Positions 1 to 9,242 of a DNA stretch of 32,000 nucleotides are shown one piece after another (position 1 is the stretch's first letter; every line of letters starts with the position of its first letter). The stretch covers positions 600,001 to 632,000 of the forward strand of contig CP065016.1 of the NCBI GenBank assembly GCA_016700375.1. The letters run 5' to 3'. This DNA comes from Candidatus Saccharimonadota bacterium. Its GTDB lineage: Bacteria > Patescibacteriota > Saccharimonadia > Saccharimonadales > UBA4665. The notes below the pieces were generated by a model that did not search any database, was not told where the DNA came from, and saw only the letters and a list, made by a program, of their open reading frames with translations. The translations under genes were made by a program, and so were the position numbers.

Positions 1-2
1 TT

Positions 3-1070
3 CGAGAATACGCCATAGCCGTCACGGGGTACAGCCGTGCCCAGGTGACTCGGCTTATTGGACAGTACCTGCGGACTGGCTGTATTGCGCTGGAGCCAGT
101 GAACACGAGAAACCAGTTTGCACTGCGCTACACGCGTGAAGACATTGGGCTGCTAGCAGAGCTGGATGATGCCCATGATCGGCTCAGTGGCAAAGCGGCA
201 AAAGTTCTAGCCCAACGAGCCTTTGTGACATTTGGCGATGCACGCTACGAACGACTTAGCGCAATCTCCGTCAGCCACATATACAATCTACGTGGCACCG
301 TAACATACCGTAACCAAAGCCATACGTTCACCAAAACGCAAGCAACAACAATAGCTATTGGCGAGCGCCGCAAACCACGCCCGAACGGTCAACCTGGCTT
401 CATCCGTATAGATACTGTCCACCAGGGAGATAAGGACAAAGAAAAGGGTGTGTACCACATCAATCTGGTTGATGAAGTTACCCAGTGGGAGGTGGTGGTC
501 GCGGTCGAGAGAATCACTGAGCGTTACATGCTGCCAGCCCTCGAAGCAGCTTTGGTGCTGTTCCCATTTGTCATTGTAGAATTCCACGCCGACAATGGCT
601 CGGAGTACATCAACAAACAAGTTGCTGCCCTCCTGAAAGCAATGCTCATCAAGCTCAGTAAGTCTCGAGCCTACCAAAGCGGAGACAATGGATTGGTTGA
701 AACCAAGAATGGTAGCATTATCCGAAAAGCCCTAGGCTATGCGCATATACCCAGGGAATATGCTCCGGATATTAACAGCTGGTACTGTACGTGGTTTGTG
801 CCCTACCTGAACTTCCACCGACCCTGCGGTTACCGCATAACGAGCGTTGACTCAAAGACGGGCAAGAGGACACATCGCTACCCAGTCAATGGGTACATGG
901 TACCGTACGAGAAGCTGAAGTCATTGCCAGACGCCAAACAATACCTGAAGACAGGCAGCAGTTTTGAGAAACTAGACGAAGTGGCGTATGCTGAAAGTGA
1001 TACAGCTTGGGCGATAGCCATGAACAAAGCAAAAGACCAGTTGTTGAAGACACTATATACAAAACGCTAG
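3..1070 (+). CDS. DDE (rve / integrase-core type) transposase, 5' end cut by the window edge
   Basis: The frame stays open to the window edge, reading REYAIAVTGYSRAQVTRLI (HTH-like) before the tracked start at 45. The catalytic-core pattern is IRIDTV ... EFHADNGSEYIN ... LVETKNGS (D, D, E). Confidence 0.8.
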   Translation, partial: REYAIAVTGYSRAQVTRLIGQYLRTGCIALEPVNTRNQFALRYTREDIGLLAELDDAHDRLSGKAAKVLAQRAFVTFGDARYERLSAISVSHIYNLRGTVTYRNQSHTFTKTQATTIAIGERRKPRPNGQPGFIRIDTVHQGDKDKEKGVYHINLVDEVTQWEVVVAVERITERYMLPALEAALVLFPFVIVEFHADNGSEYINKQVAALLKAMLIKLSKSRAYQSGDNGLVETKNGSIIRKALGYAHIPREYAPDINSWYCTWFVPYLNFHRPCGYRITSVDSKTGKRTHRYPVNGYMVPYEKLKSLPDAKQYLKTGSSFEKLDEVAYAESDTAWAIAMNKAKDQLLKTLYTKR

Positions 1071-1152
1071 CTGTTTGTTTCTGGTAGCTTCAGGCTCATT
1101 CTTGGATTGGAATATACTGCTCCCTTGTATGACTCAGGTCCACCTTGCCTCT

Positions 1153-1190
1153 AGTATCAAATGTGTCCCAGCTGGGACATATTTGATACT
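1153..1190. repeat. 38-bp near-perfect palindrome between convergent genes (possible bidirectional terminator or IS-end structure)
   Basis: AGTATCAAATGTGTCCCAGC / GCTGGGACATATTTGATACT. The arms are reverse complements with one mismatch. It lies between the transposase stop (1070) and the stop of the minus-strand gene at 1243. Confidence 0.5.
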
Positions 1191-1242
1191 ATCGATATCA
1201 TTTCTAGCACAGAGTTTTCAGATATGTGTTTCTTGTTTTAGT

Positions 1243-1515
1243 TTACATCTGCGAGTATGCAGCGACATCACGCATGAGCGGCAGTTCTTCTCCGGCCCAG
1301 CTGTTTACATAGCCACCATCGTTGTCGGTAACTATAATAGCTGGCGTTGACATAACATCATATATTTTTGCAAGCTCAATCCCCTCGCGGCTATCGACAT
1401 CTAGGATTTTTAGCGACGACTGATCTACGTCATGCTGCTTCTGTAAGTCATGCAGAAAAATCTCGACCTTCCGGGCGTGTTCAGAGTTTGGTTTATACAG
1501 CACAAGCACTTTCAT
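1243..1515 (-). CDS. small thioredoxin-fold-like protein without a CxxC motif (function unknown)
   Basis: I take the internal ATG at 1515 (MKVLVLYKPNSEHARKVE...) as the start, because TGTATACT lies 6 nt upstream of it. The alternating beta-alpha pattern (VLVLY ... ILDVD ... PAIIV) looks thioredoxin/glutaredoxin-like. The 45-aa upstream extension in the ORF track looks non-coding. Confidence 0.55.
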   Translation of the reverse strand: MKVLVLYKPNSEHARKVEIFLHDLQKQHDVDQSSLKILDVDSREGIELAKIYDVMSTPAIIVTDNDGGYVNSWAGEELPLMRDVAAYSQM

Positions 1516-1569
1516 AGCTAAAGTATACAACCGCCTGGCCTCAACACCAACCCATTGCAACCTCTCTTC

Positions 1570-1727
1570 ACCCGAATCACGAATCTCAACACCACCGCAA
1601 AGGCGTGATTTTGAGCGATGCAAAGCGGAGTCGAAAGATATTCTTCTCACCTGTTTGTCCCATGATACAACAAGAAGATTCCTCGACTTCGCTCGGAATG
1701 ACAGGGATAGAACTTCGTGATTCAGGT
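1570..1727. mobile_element. MITE-like / internally deleted remnant bounded by IS982-type inverted repeats
   Basis: ACCCGAATCACGAATCT (1570-1586) matches 15/17 positions of the left IR of the intact IS at 23230. AACTTCGTGATTCAGGT (1711-1727) matches 15/17 positions of its right IR. The two are in inverted orientation and about 160 bp apart, with no ORF between them. Confidence 0.45.
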
Positions 1728-1840
1728 AACCTTCTTTTTGACGTGATAGTTTACTTATTTACCCGATAGTAACGATGGGTAAACTTTTGGTTGATGCCAG
1801 AAAAAACAAACGTCGCTATAGTGGCTGGCATCATACCTAA

Positions 1841-1874
1841 TCAGAAGAAAGCCCCTGATGTTGCGAGGCTTTTT
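1841..1874 (-). terminator. rho-independent terminator candidate downstream of nrdJ
   Basis: On the minus strand the sequence reads AAAAGCCTC-GCAACATCA-GGGGCTTTC followed by TTCTGATT. It begins about 25 nt after the nrdJ stop codon (1901-1903). Confidence 0.5.
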
Positions 1875-1900
1875 CTGGCTTGGGGACACGGGCACTTTCC

Positions 1901-4705
1901 CTATGAGCAGCCCGTTGTCGAGCCACAACTCGTGCAGACGTAGCAGCTGCCAGAGCGCTGAGTTTGGTTGCCACAGTTGTAGCAAAGCGGTGCGGTAGCA
2001 TCCTTAATGGTCTGTTTCTTTTGCGTTGGCGCGTCAACCGGAACCGGTGCCATTGGCTGCGACTCTGCCGCCTCGCCACTTACCGTTACCTGCTTTGAGC
2101 TGGTGGGGGTTACTGGCACTTCTACTTGACTATCTGCTTCGTCGACACCGAGGAGGCTCGTTTGTTCCTCTGGCATGTCGTCGAGGCTGGCGAGACCGAG
2201 CTCAAGGCGGTCATCAAAGCTCAAGTAGTCCAGCGCCAGACGGCGCACAATATAGTCGGTGACAGAACTAGCGGTACGAATCTCTGGGTCATCGGTAATG
2301 CCAAATGGCGCAAAGCTTGTGCCACGCAGGGTTTTTACATAGCTCTTAAGGGGCACACCGTACTGCAGGCCATGGCTCACGCTTATAGCAAACGAGTCCA
2401 TAAGTCCAGCGAGAGTTGAACCCTGGCGGCTCACGCTAATGAATAGCTCCCCGGGAGCACCATCTGGGTATTCACCAACCGTAAAGAAACCCTCGAGGTC
2501 GGCCACCACAAAACGGTAGGTCCGGCTGCTGCGAATCCGTGGTAATTTACGGCGAATGGCACCCTTTATGACAATCTTGCCATCTTCTGAGCCGCCTGCA
2601 GCTTCGTCTTTCTTGTCATCTCCGTCTTTCTTTGCCATGGAGAGAGGCTGAGCCACTTTACAGTTGTCACGGTAGATGGCAACAGCTTTGAGCCCCATTT
2701 TCCATGAATCAATATGAAGCTGTTCAATATCTTCGACAGTGGCAGACTCGGGCATATTGACCGTTTTACTAATAGCGCCAGACAGGAATGGCTGTACAGC
2801 CGCCATCATCTTCACGTGGCCGAGGTAGTGGATAGAGTTGTCGCCCATGGAGCAAGCAAATACCGGCTCGTGTTCTTTTCGCAGGTGCGGCGCACCGAGA
2901 ATTGTCTTTTCGGTGTCTATGTAGGCCACAATATCGTTAACCTGTTCGTCGCTATAGCCAAGCGCCCTGAGCGCACGTGGTACAGTTTGGTTGACGATGC
3001 TCATCGTACCGCCACCGACCAGTTTTTTGACCTTCACGAGGCCAAGGTCTGGTTCAATTCCGGTGGTGTCACAGTCCATCATGAGGCCAATGGTACCTGT
3101 CGGTGCGAGTACGCTCGCCTGGCTGTTGCGCACACCGTAGAGTTCACCCAGCTCTACTGCCTCGTCCCATGCCGTTGCAGCAGCATTGAGTAAGTCCTCT
3201 GCCACTAAACTAGCGTCGATGTGGTTCACTGCCTCTCGGTGCATGCGGAGCACCTTGAGCATGTTGTCACGGTCTTTGTGGAAGCCAGAAAACGGACCAA
3301 CCTTACGTGCCATACGCGCACTTGTCGCATAGCTGTGACCGGTCAATATGGCAGTAATGGCCGCGGCCTGCGCTCGACCCTCCGCACTGTCGTAGGGCAA
3401 TCCCTGAGCCATGAGGAGCGCGCCGAGGTTAGCGTAGCCAATGCCAAGCTCGCGGTATGCACGAGCGTTCTTGGTAATCCGCTCGGTTGGGTAGCTGCTG
3501 TAGCCCACCAATATCTCTTGGGCGGTAAAAATGAGCTCAACCGTGTGTTTGAAGCTTTCGATGTCAAAGCTGAAATCGTCGTTCAAATAGTGGAGCAAGT
3601 TGATACTAGCAAGGTTACAAGCCGAGTTGTCGAGGTGCATATACTCGCTGCATGGGTTTGAGCCATTTATCCGGCCTGCGTTTGGTGTCGTGTGCCATTT
3701 GTTAATGACTGTATCGAATTGCATACCAGGGTCTGCACAACGCCACGCAGCCTCAGCAAACTGCCGGAAAATGTGCCGCGCCTTCACGGTGCGAACTGTT
3801 TTACCGGTACTGACCGCCTTCAGCTCCCAGTCTCCGTCGGCTTCGACCGCTTTCATGAATTCATCAGTAACACGGACGGAGTTATTGGCGTTCTGGTACT
3901 GCACGGAGTGGATGTCTTTGCCGTCGAGGCTCATATCGAACCCAGCGGCCTGCAGCGCACGCGCTTTGTCCTCTTCTATGGACTTACACCATATGAATTC
4001 CTCTATATCTGGGTGGTCGACGTTGAGTATAACCATCTTGGCCGCACGGCGAGTCTTGCCGCCGCTTTTAATTGCCCCGGCACTCGCGTCGGCGCCGCGC
4101 ATGAAGCTTAAGGGGCCAGAGGCCGTACCGGCGCTTTTGCCGAGCGGTTCGACGCTACTACGAATAGGGCTGACATTGACACCGCTCCCAGAGCCGCCCT
4201 TGAAAATCATACCTTCGTCAGTGTACCACTGGAGAATTGCTGGCATGGTATCTTCGACACCAAGGATGAAGCACGCGCTTGCCTGCTGTGCGCGCTCCGG
4301 CGCACCAATGTTAAACCATACCGGGCTATTGAACGCTGCGCGCTGAGTCGCCAGAACGTATTTGAGCTCTTCTCGGTATGTTTCTGCCTCTGCTACTGTA
4401 TCAAAATAGCCCTCTTGTTGACCCTGCCGAACCACCGTGTCTACGACACGGTCTATGAGCTGCTTGAGTGAAACCTCCCGTTCTTTTGTGCCTGGTGTAC
4501 CAGTAAAGTACTTTTGCGCAACAATATTGAGCGCGTTTAAAGACCAGCTCTCAGGAATTTCAACATCTTTCTGCTGAAAAACTATTTCACCTGTAAACGG
4601 ATTTTTAAGCTCCGAATCACGCTTTGCCCATGTAATTGCGTCGTATGCTTTCGATTTTGGCGCTGTAAAAAGCCGCCTCACGCTGCTATCTGTTGCCTGA
4701 CCCAT
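1901..4705 (-). CDS. nrdJ: class II (adenosylcobalamin-dependent) ribonucleotide reductase
   Basis: The N-terminus ...AITWAKRDSELKNPFTGEIVFQQKDVEIPESWS...NIVAQKYF is typical of NrdJ. There is an active-site region NPCSEY, and the C-terminal Cys cluster CYNCG...CYVCTSCG resembles a zinc ribbon. I chose the start ATG at 4705 because it is preceded by GTGAGGG. The tracked TTG at 4747 is less likely. Confidence 0.93.
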   Translation of the reverse strand: MGQATDSSVRRLFTAPKSKAYDAITWAKRDSELKNPFTGEIVFQQKDVEIPESWSLNALNIVAQKYFTGTPGTKEREVSLKQLIDRVVDTVVRQGQQEGYFDTVAEAETYREELKYVLATQRAAFNSPVWFNIGAPERAQQASACFILGVEDTMPAILQWYTDEGMIFKGGSGSGVNVSPIRSSVEPLGKSAGTASGPLSFMRGADASAGAIKSGGKTRRAAKMVILNVDHPDIEEFIWCKSIEEDKARALQAAGFDMSLDGKDIHSVQYQNANNSVRVTDEFMKAVEADGDWELKAVSTGKTVRTVKARHIFRQFAEAAWRCADPGMQFDTVINKWHTTPNAGRINGSNPCSEYMHLDNSACNLASINLLHYLNDDFSFDIESFKHTVELIFTAQEILVGYSSYPTERITKNARAYRELGIGYANLGALLMAQGLPYDSAEGRAQAAAITAILTGHSYATSARMARKVGPFSGFHKDRDNMLKVLRMHREAVNHIDASLVAEDLLNAAATAWDEAVELGELYGVRNSQASVLAPTGTIGLMMDCDTTGIEPDLGLVKVKKLVGGGTMSIVNQTVPRALRALGYSDEQVNDIVAYIDTEKTILGAPHLRKEHEPVFACSMGDNSIHYLGHVKMMAAVQPFLSGAISKTVNMPESATVEDIEQLHIDSWKMGLKAVAIYRDNCKVAQPLSMAKKDGDDKKDEAAGGSEDGKIVIKGAIRRKLPRIRSSRTYRFVVADLEGFFTVGEYPDGAPGELFISVSRQGSTLAGLMDSFAISVSHGLQYGVPLKSYVKTLRGTSFAPFGITDDPEIRTASSVTDYIVRRLALDYLSFDDRLELGLASLDDMPEEQTSLLGVDEADSQVEVPVTPTSSKQVTVSGEAAESQPMAPVPVDAPTQKKQTIKDATAPLCYNCGNQTQRSGSCYVCTSCGSTTGCS

Positions 4706-4814
4706 AGAACCCTCACTTTCTTTGCCTGTGCGCCACCTCGCGCACAAAACCTTATTGTTTTATATTTCACACTTTGTGTTGGTAGTTTTATTCATACGGA
4801 GAACCAATCTGTCG

Positions 4815-5285
4815 CTAATCGGTCACTGCTTGCTTGCGCTGTCGTATGTGCGATAGTTCGCGCTCAAAGCTCGCAATATCACTAAACCGCCTGTATACGC
4901 TCGCAAACCGGACATACGCCACTTCGTCAAGTTCGCTCAGTCGGCTCATGACCATTTCGCCGATTTTCCCGGAACTCACTTCGTTGTCTGCTCTGGCGTA
5001 TAGCTCATGCTCTATGCTCTGCACGAGTTTCTCGAGCTGCAGACCCGTAACCGACGTTTTTTCACAGGCCCTGTATAGCCCCGCCAAGAGCTTTTGGCGA
5101 TTAAAAAGCTGCCGCGTACTGTCGTTTTTTACGACAATAAGCTGTGGCTGTTCAATACGTTCGTATGTGGTAAAGCGGTAGCCACACGTGGCACACGCGC
5201 GGCGCCGACGGACTGATTCACCTTCTGCGACATCACGACTTTCGATAACTTTCGTATCGTCGCACGTGCATTGGCTACATTTCAT
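4815..5285 (-). CDS. nrdR: transcriptional repressor NrdR (zinc ribbon + ATP-cone)
   Basis: MKCSQCTCDDTKVIESRD...RRRRACATCGYRFTTYERIE is the NrdR zinc-ribbon signature. The ATG at 5285 is preceded by AAGGGGAGG. The gene sits immediately upstream of nrdJ. Confidence 0.93.
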   Translation of the reverse strand: MKCSQCTCDDTKVIESRDVAEGESVRRRRACATCGYRFTTYERIEQPQLIVVKNDSTRQLFNRQKLLAGLYRACEKTSVTGLQLEKLVQSIEHELYARADNEVSSGKIGEMVMSRLSELDEVAYVRFASVYRRFSDIASFERELSHIRQRKQAVTD

Positions 5286-5455
5286 TCCTTGCCTCCCCTT
5301 ATTATTTGAAATGTGCGCGCACCAGAACAAGGAAGCTTCTTACCCTCCGCTTGCTACATATAGCGTTTTGTATACACATCATACCCCTATGGGTGGGGTA
5401 AGGTAAAGCATATTTATGCTGTATTATTTAATACACAAACCGCTTGTTGTATCTG

Positions 5456-6793
5456 TTATTTATCGATGTCTTCAGAATCGACACTGTCTTTCGAGCGGCG
5501 GCGAGTTAGCCTGCGAAGGAACGAGGGCTTTTCAAGTTCGTCTTCATCGTGTTCGGAGACAACAGGCGCATGCATGTCGGTTTTTTCTTGCGGGGAGCTT
5601 GCTTTATCATCATCGTGCTGTATTGCCCATATGTTGGGCATGGGTGTTTCACTAGTAAAGTCAGCAGCATCATCTGCTTGTTTTGCGCTGTTGTCCTTAA
5701 TAGACATGTCCAGCTCTTCCATGTCTTTCTCCGTAGTTTTCGCCACGGATTCGAGCGGCTGAGTTATGGTACTTTCCTCGGGCACGGCTGGCTGCGCAGG
5801 AAGCGATGTTACGGCCGCCTGTCGGTTCGCAAAATAGGAAGCGTCAAATCCGGTTGCAACAACCGTGATGATAATCTCACCGTCGAGCTCAGGACTAATG
5901 GTAGCACCGAAGATAATGTTTGCGTCTGGGTCGGCCGCAGCCGTAATTGCCTCGGCGGCGGTATTGATTTCGTGCATGGAGAGGTCTTGGCCACCAATGA
6001 CATTGAAGAGAATTCCCCTAGCGCCATCTATAGACACTTCCAGTAGTGGCGACTCAATAGCCTGTTGCGCAGCTTGGATTGCCCGGTTTTCTCCACTGGC
6101 ACGTCCAATGCCCATAAGCGCAGAGCCAGCGTTCCTCATAACTGCCTTTACATCGGCAAAGTCAAGGTTGATGAGTCCGTGTACGGTAATAAGGTCAGAA
6201 ATGCCCTGAACGCCTTGACGCAAGACATCGTCGGCAACCTTAAACGCTTCTAGGAGCGGTGTGGCACGGTCAATTGTTTGAAGAAGTCGGTCATTGGGAA
6301 TAATAATAAGTGTGTCAACGGCATTCCGGAGTTTTTCTATTGCAGAGTCAGCGTTACGGCGACGTTTATCGCCCTCAAATGCAAATGGCTTTGTCGCAAA
6401 GCCAACGACAAGAACGCCCATCTCTTTTGCAATCTGAGCCACAATATGCCCCGCACCGCTGCCCGTACCGCCTCCAGCGCCAATGGTCACAAATATCATA
6501 TCGGCACCCTGCAGGGCGTCTTTGATTTCGTCACGCGACTCGTTGGCTGCCTGTTCGCCAACAGCCGGGTCTGCGCCAGCACCAAGCCCCCGTGTCGTAT
6601 CGCGGCCAATGTGAATTTTGGTTCCTGCTTGTGAGTTATGAAGCGCCTGTGCGTCGGTGTTTATGGCGACAAATTCAACGCCTTCTACGCCAGCCTCAAC
6701 CATACGGTTTATGGCCGCGCCACCAGCACCACCAACACCAACCACTTTTATTCGTGCGAATGTTTCAATTGCTGGATCAACTGCCTGTGCCAT
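5456..6793 (-). CDS. ftsZ: cell division GTPase FtsZ
   Basis: [17 protein letters not shown] and the tubulin signature GGGTGSGAG are present. A long disordered linker leads to the C-terminal peptide EKPSFLRRL and then a charged tail. Confidence 0.95.
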   Translation of the reverse strand: MAQAVDPAIETFARIKVVGVGGAGGAAINRMVEAGVEGVEFVAINTDAQALHNSQAGTKIHIGRDTTRGLGAGADPAVGEQAANESRDEIKDALQGADMIFVTIGAGGGTGSGAGHIVAQIAKEMGVLVVGFATKPFAFEGDKRRRNADSAIEKLRNAVDTLIIIPNDRLLQTIDRATPLLEAFKVADDVLRQGVQGISDLITVHGLINLDFADVKAVMRNAGSALMGIGRASGENRAIQAAQQAIESPLLEVSIDGARGILFNVIGGQDLSMHEINTAAEAITAAADPDANIIFGATISPELDGEIIITVVATGFDASYFANRQAAVTSLPAQPAVPEESTITQPLESVAKTTEKDMEELDMSIKDNSAKQADDAADFTSETPMPNIWAIQHDDDKASSPQEKTDMHAPVVSEHDEDELEKPSFLRRLTRRRSKDSVDSEDIDK

Positions 6794-6956
6794 TACAACG
6801 TCCCTCGCTTAGGTTCAAGACTAGTATAACTGAGCACGTTAAGGAGTTCAACCACACTTGGGTACAAAATTAGTCTGGGCTGTATTTTGCCGAATACTTT
6901 TCCCGCTCAACCGCACATAGCCTGAGTATCTCGCGTGTTCGCGTGGCAGTAAGTTC

Positions 6957-8195
6957 TTACCTACGGACGCGCTTTAGTAGCTTGCCGACCGTAGACTGCA
7001 GGCCACCGCCGAATAAATCCGTTGAAGTGATTTGGTCGTTTACGTACGGTGCAAGTAGTATATCGAGGAGCATTAACCCTGTTGCGGTTGCAAATGAAGG
7101 GTCATCTACCGTGTCGACCAGTCCCGCAAGCCCGCGTATCTTACCAATCCGCGCAGGAAGTTGCAGCCGCTCTTTGGCAAATTCCGCCAGACCAGGCAAC
7201 GCTGCACTACCCCCAACGATGACGACACCACCAGGTAGTTTCCGAGAGCGGTGAATTTTTTGCAGCTCTTTGTCGACATATTCAAATAGCTCCTCTACCC
7301 GCGCCTCAACAATCATATTTGTCTCGGCCTGTTCAAACGTGTGTCCGGTGCCATCAACAATAATTCTATATGTCTTGTCGGTTGTATCACCAATGGTAAC
7401 GTGCTTCAATTTGACCTGCTCCGCTACGTCTAGGTCGGTCTTTAGGCCAATGGCAAGGTCGTTTGTTATGTGCGTGCCGCCCATGGGTATAACTGCTATA
7501 TGCTGGATTTCGCCGTCTTCTATAACCACAACGTTCGTCGTACCAGCGCCAATATCCACCACAGCCGTACCCGCCTCTTTCTGTTTGCGGTCAAGCACAG
7601 CCTCTGCGGCCGCCAAGGACGATACCGTGCGGTGCTGTGGTCGAACCTGCGCCTTCTCGAGCACAAGGTCTAGGTTACGGACGTTTGGGGTTGCCGCCGT
7701 CAGAATATGACAGTCTACTTCCAGTCGCACGCCGTGCATACCAACCGGGTCTTTCAAGTTGTCTTGACCGTCAAGCCGGTAGTTTTTGGCAAATACCTGC
7801 AATATTTCGCGGTTTGCTGGCAGCTTTACAATTGCCGCTGCCTCTTCCACCCTGTCTCTGTCTTCTGCCGTAATCTCACGGTTAGGGCCACTGATAGCAA
7901 TGGTCCCGCGTGAATTCATGCCACTCACATGCGCCCCGTTTACATTAACCGTGGCGTGTTCTATCCGTACGCCAGATATACGCTCTGCCTCAGTGATTGC
8001 CTGCACAATTGCTTCAACCGTTTCGTCCACATGCATAACAACACCCTTACGCATACCCTGATTTGGACTGCTGCCATGTCCAATGACAGATATAGCCGCC
8101 GGGTCGTTCGTGTCTCGCGCACCAATGACACAGCGAACGGTAGACGTGCCGATATCAAGACCGACGTAGTGTTCAGGTGGATGGCCATCGCGCAT
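6957..8195 (-). CDS. ftsA: cell division protein FtsA (actin-like ATPase)
   Basis: The phosphate-1 motif VGLDIGTSTVRCVIG, DIGAGTTNVVV, and VIVGGSAALPGLAEFA are present. The gene lies directly upstream of ftsZ. Confidence 0.93.
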   Translation of the reverse strand: MRDGHPPEHYVGLDIGTSTVRCVIGARDTNDPAAISVIGHGSSPNQGMRKGVVMHVDETVEAIVQAITEAERISGVRIEHATVNVNGAHVSGMNSRGTIAISGPNREITAEDRDRVEEAAAIVKLPANREILQVFAKNYRLDGQDNLKDPVGMHGVRLEVDCHILTAATPNVRNLDLVLEKAQVRPQHRTVSSLAAAEAVLDRKQKEAGTAVVDIGAGTTNVVVIEDGEIQHIAVIPMGGTHITNDLAIGLKTDLDVAEQVKLKHVTIGDTTDKTYRIIVDGTGHTFEQAETNMIVEARVEELFEYVDKELQKIHRSRKLPGGVVIVGGSAALPGLAEFAKERLQLPARIGKIRGLAGLVDTVDDPSFATATGLMLLDILLAPYVNDQITSTDLFGGGLQSTVGKLLKRVRR

Positions 8196-8266
8196 ATTGA
8201 CCCCAGTATACCGCTAGAGCTTGCTTACGCGCAACTATTGTTATGATCTTGTTCTTACGGGAGCCG

Positions 8267-8397
8267 CAAATTGTATACAATTTGGGTTGTGTCACATGTA
8301 ACCTGTAACGTGTCACATTGGATGACCATGTAACCTGTAACGATTGGAACTCAATTGTTACATGGTAATTGTTAATTCATGCGTGACAGGTAACAGG
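8267..8397. promoter_or_regulatory. palindrome and direct-repeat cluster upstream of ftsA (candidate operator array)
   Basis: There is an 18-bp perfect palindrome CAAATTGTATACAATTTG (8267-8284). A 16-bp direct repeat CATGTAACCTGTAACG occurs at 8295-8310 and 8327-8342. Partial inverted copies are GTTACATGG (8357-8365) and GTGACAGGTAACAGG (8383-8397). AATTGTTA occurs twice (8353-8360, 8367-8374). Confidence 0.4.
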
Positions 8398-8410
8398 ATA
8401 ATTGGTACAC

Positions 8411-8442
8411 AAGCCGAAGAAATTGCATGCAATTTCCGGCTT
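8411..8442 (-). terminator. strong hairpin just downstream of map (terminator or second copy of the AAATTG palindrome)
   Basis: AAGCCG-AA-GAAATTGCATGCAATTTC-CGGCTT. The 18-bp core (8419-8436) is a perfect palindrome and the outer 6 bp extend the stem. It starts about 25 nt after the map stop codon. No clear U-tract follows it. Confidence 0.4.
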
Positions 8443-8467
8443 CCGGACCGTGTCTGGTGCCGACCCA

Positions 8468-9214
8468 CTAGACTTGCGTCAATATTTCGCAGCCTTCTTG
8501 GGTAACAAGGACAGTGTGTTCAAACTGGGCGCTGCGACTGCCGTCGACCGTTAGGAGCGTCCAACCGTCGTGTGCACCGAAGATTTTGTGGTCACCGAGT
8601 GTGGTAATTGGCTCAATTGCTATAGTCATACCAGCTTTCAGCGTTGGGCCAGTACCGGCATGGCCGTGGTTTGGTATTTCGGGTGCTTCATGAAGCTCAT
8701 GCCCCACACCGTGACCAACTAGCTCGCGCACGATACCAAGGTTGTACGAACGCAGTACTTTCTCTATGGTGGCAGATATATCCCCTACACGTGCGCCGTC
8801 TCGCACGACATCGAGCCCTGCATATAACGCCTCTTCCGTGCCCTTCAGAAGCCGCACTGCATCTGCATCTGGTTTGCCCCCTATGCACACCGTAATCCCT
8901 GCGTCAGTTATCATACCTTTTACTATCACGCCGTAGTCAAAATTCACAACATCACCGTTCTTAAACGGCACCTCGTTCGGTATGCTGTGCTGCACCTCGT
9001 TGTTGTTAGATATGCAAATAATGTCTGGGTAGCCTTCAAAGCCCTTAAAAGCCGGCACACCGCCGAGCCGTTCTGTTTCCTTCGCCGCCAGCTCAGAAAC
9101 CTGCTTGGGTGTCATGCCGACGCGAACTTCGCGTCGGATTTTTTCTAGAACAGTCGCCAAAATACACCCGCTTTCACGCATAGCCTTTATTTCGGCATCT
9201 GTTTTTGGCTGCAT
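8468..9214 (-). CDS. map: type I methionine aminopeptidase
   Basis: Metal-ligand motifs are DVVNFDYGV, ITDAGITV, VGHGVGHELHEAP, IAIEP and FEHTVLVT. The length of 248 aa fits the family. Confidence 0.95.
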   Translation of the reverse strand: MQPKTDAEIKAMRESGCILATVLEKIRREVRVGMTPKQVSELAAKETERLGGVPAFKGFEGYPDIICISNNNEVQHSIPNEVPFKNGDVVNFDYGVIVKGMITDAGITVCIGGKPDADAVRLLKGTEEALYAGLDVVRDGARVGDISATIEKVLRSYNLGIVRELVGHGVGHELHEAPEIPNHGHAGTGPTLKAGMTIAIEPITTLGDHKIFGAHDGWTLLTVDGSRSAQFEHTVLVTQEGCEILTQV

Positions 9215-9242
9215 CTGTCTCTAGCCTTTCTTGGAAATACTA

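Noticed and set aside
1075-1350. 91-aa plus-strand ORF after the transposase
   Set aside because: It runs through the 38-bp palindrome and antisense into the thioredoxin-fold-like gene. The translation is Cys/Ser/Leu-rich with no start-site signals.
1516-1650. N-terminal extensions in the ORF track. Besides this one, others are at 4706-4747, 5286-5330, 11444-11515, 14417-14548, 17613-17630, 19520-19555, 22750-22836, 24709-24810, 27207-27356, 28843-28869, 29508-29564 and 31940-31987
   Set aside because: In each case an internal start codon is preceded by a good Shine-Dalgarno sequence or a closely spaced -10 box and gives the canonical family N-terminus or signal peptide. The extensions either overlap upstream genes or regulatory hairpins, or begin at weak alternative start codons.
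1975-4346. Multiple long plus-strand ORFs (for example 2714-3193, 3221-3661, 3600-4346, 3692-4111), plus minus-strand ORFs in alternative frames, inside nrdJ
   Set aside because: They lie antisense to, or out of frame with, a confidently recognised 934-aa reductase gene. Their translations are low-complexity or Arg/Ser/Ala-rich, with no recognisable motifs. These are typical shadow ORFs.
4706-4814. Cobalamin riboswitch upstream of the B12-dependent reductase
   Set aside because: The spacer is only about 109 bp, has no B12-box-like sequence that I can recognise, and is too short for the riboswitch aptamer.
4706-5455. NrdR boxes upstream of nrdJ and nrdR
   Set aside because: I looked for the 16-bp palindrome (approximately ACACWATATATWGTGT). 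The best candidate, ACGCTATATGTAGCAA on the minus strand (complement of 5351-5366), matches only about 11/16 positions. The nrdR-nrdJ spacer has only short ACAA...TTGT / ACAC...GTGT fragments. That is not enough to call a site.
5466-8246. Numerous 60-165-aa ORFs overlapping ftsZ and ftsA on the plus strand
   Set aside because: These are shadow ORFs of two highly conserved genes, and no motifs are recognisable in them.
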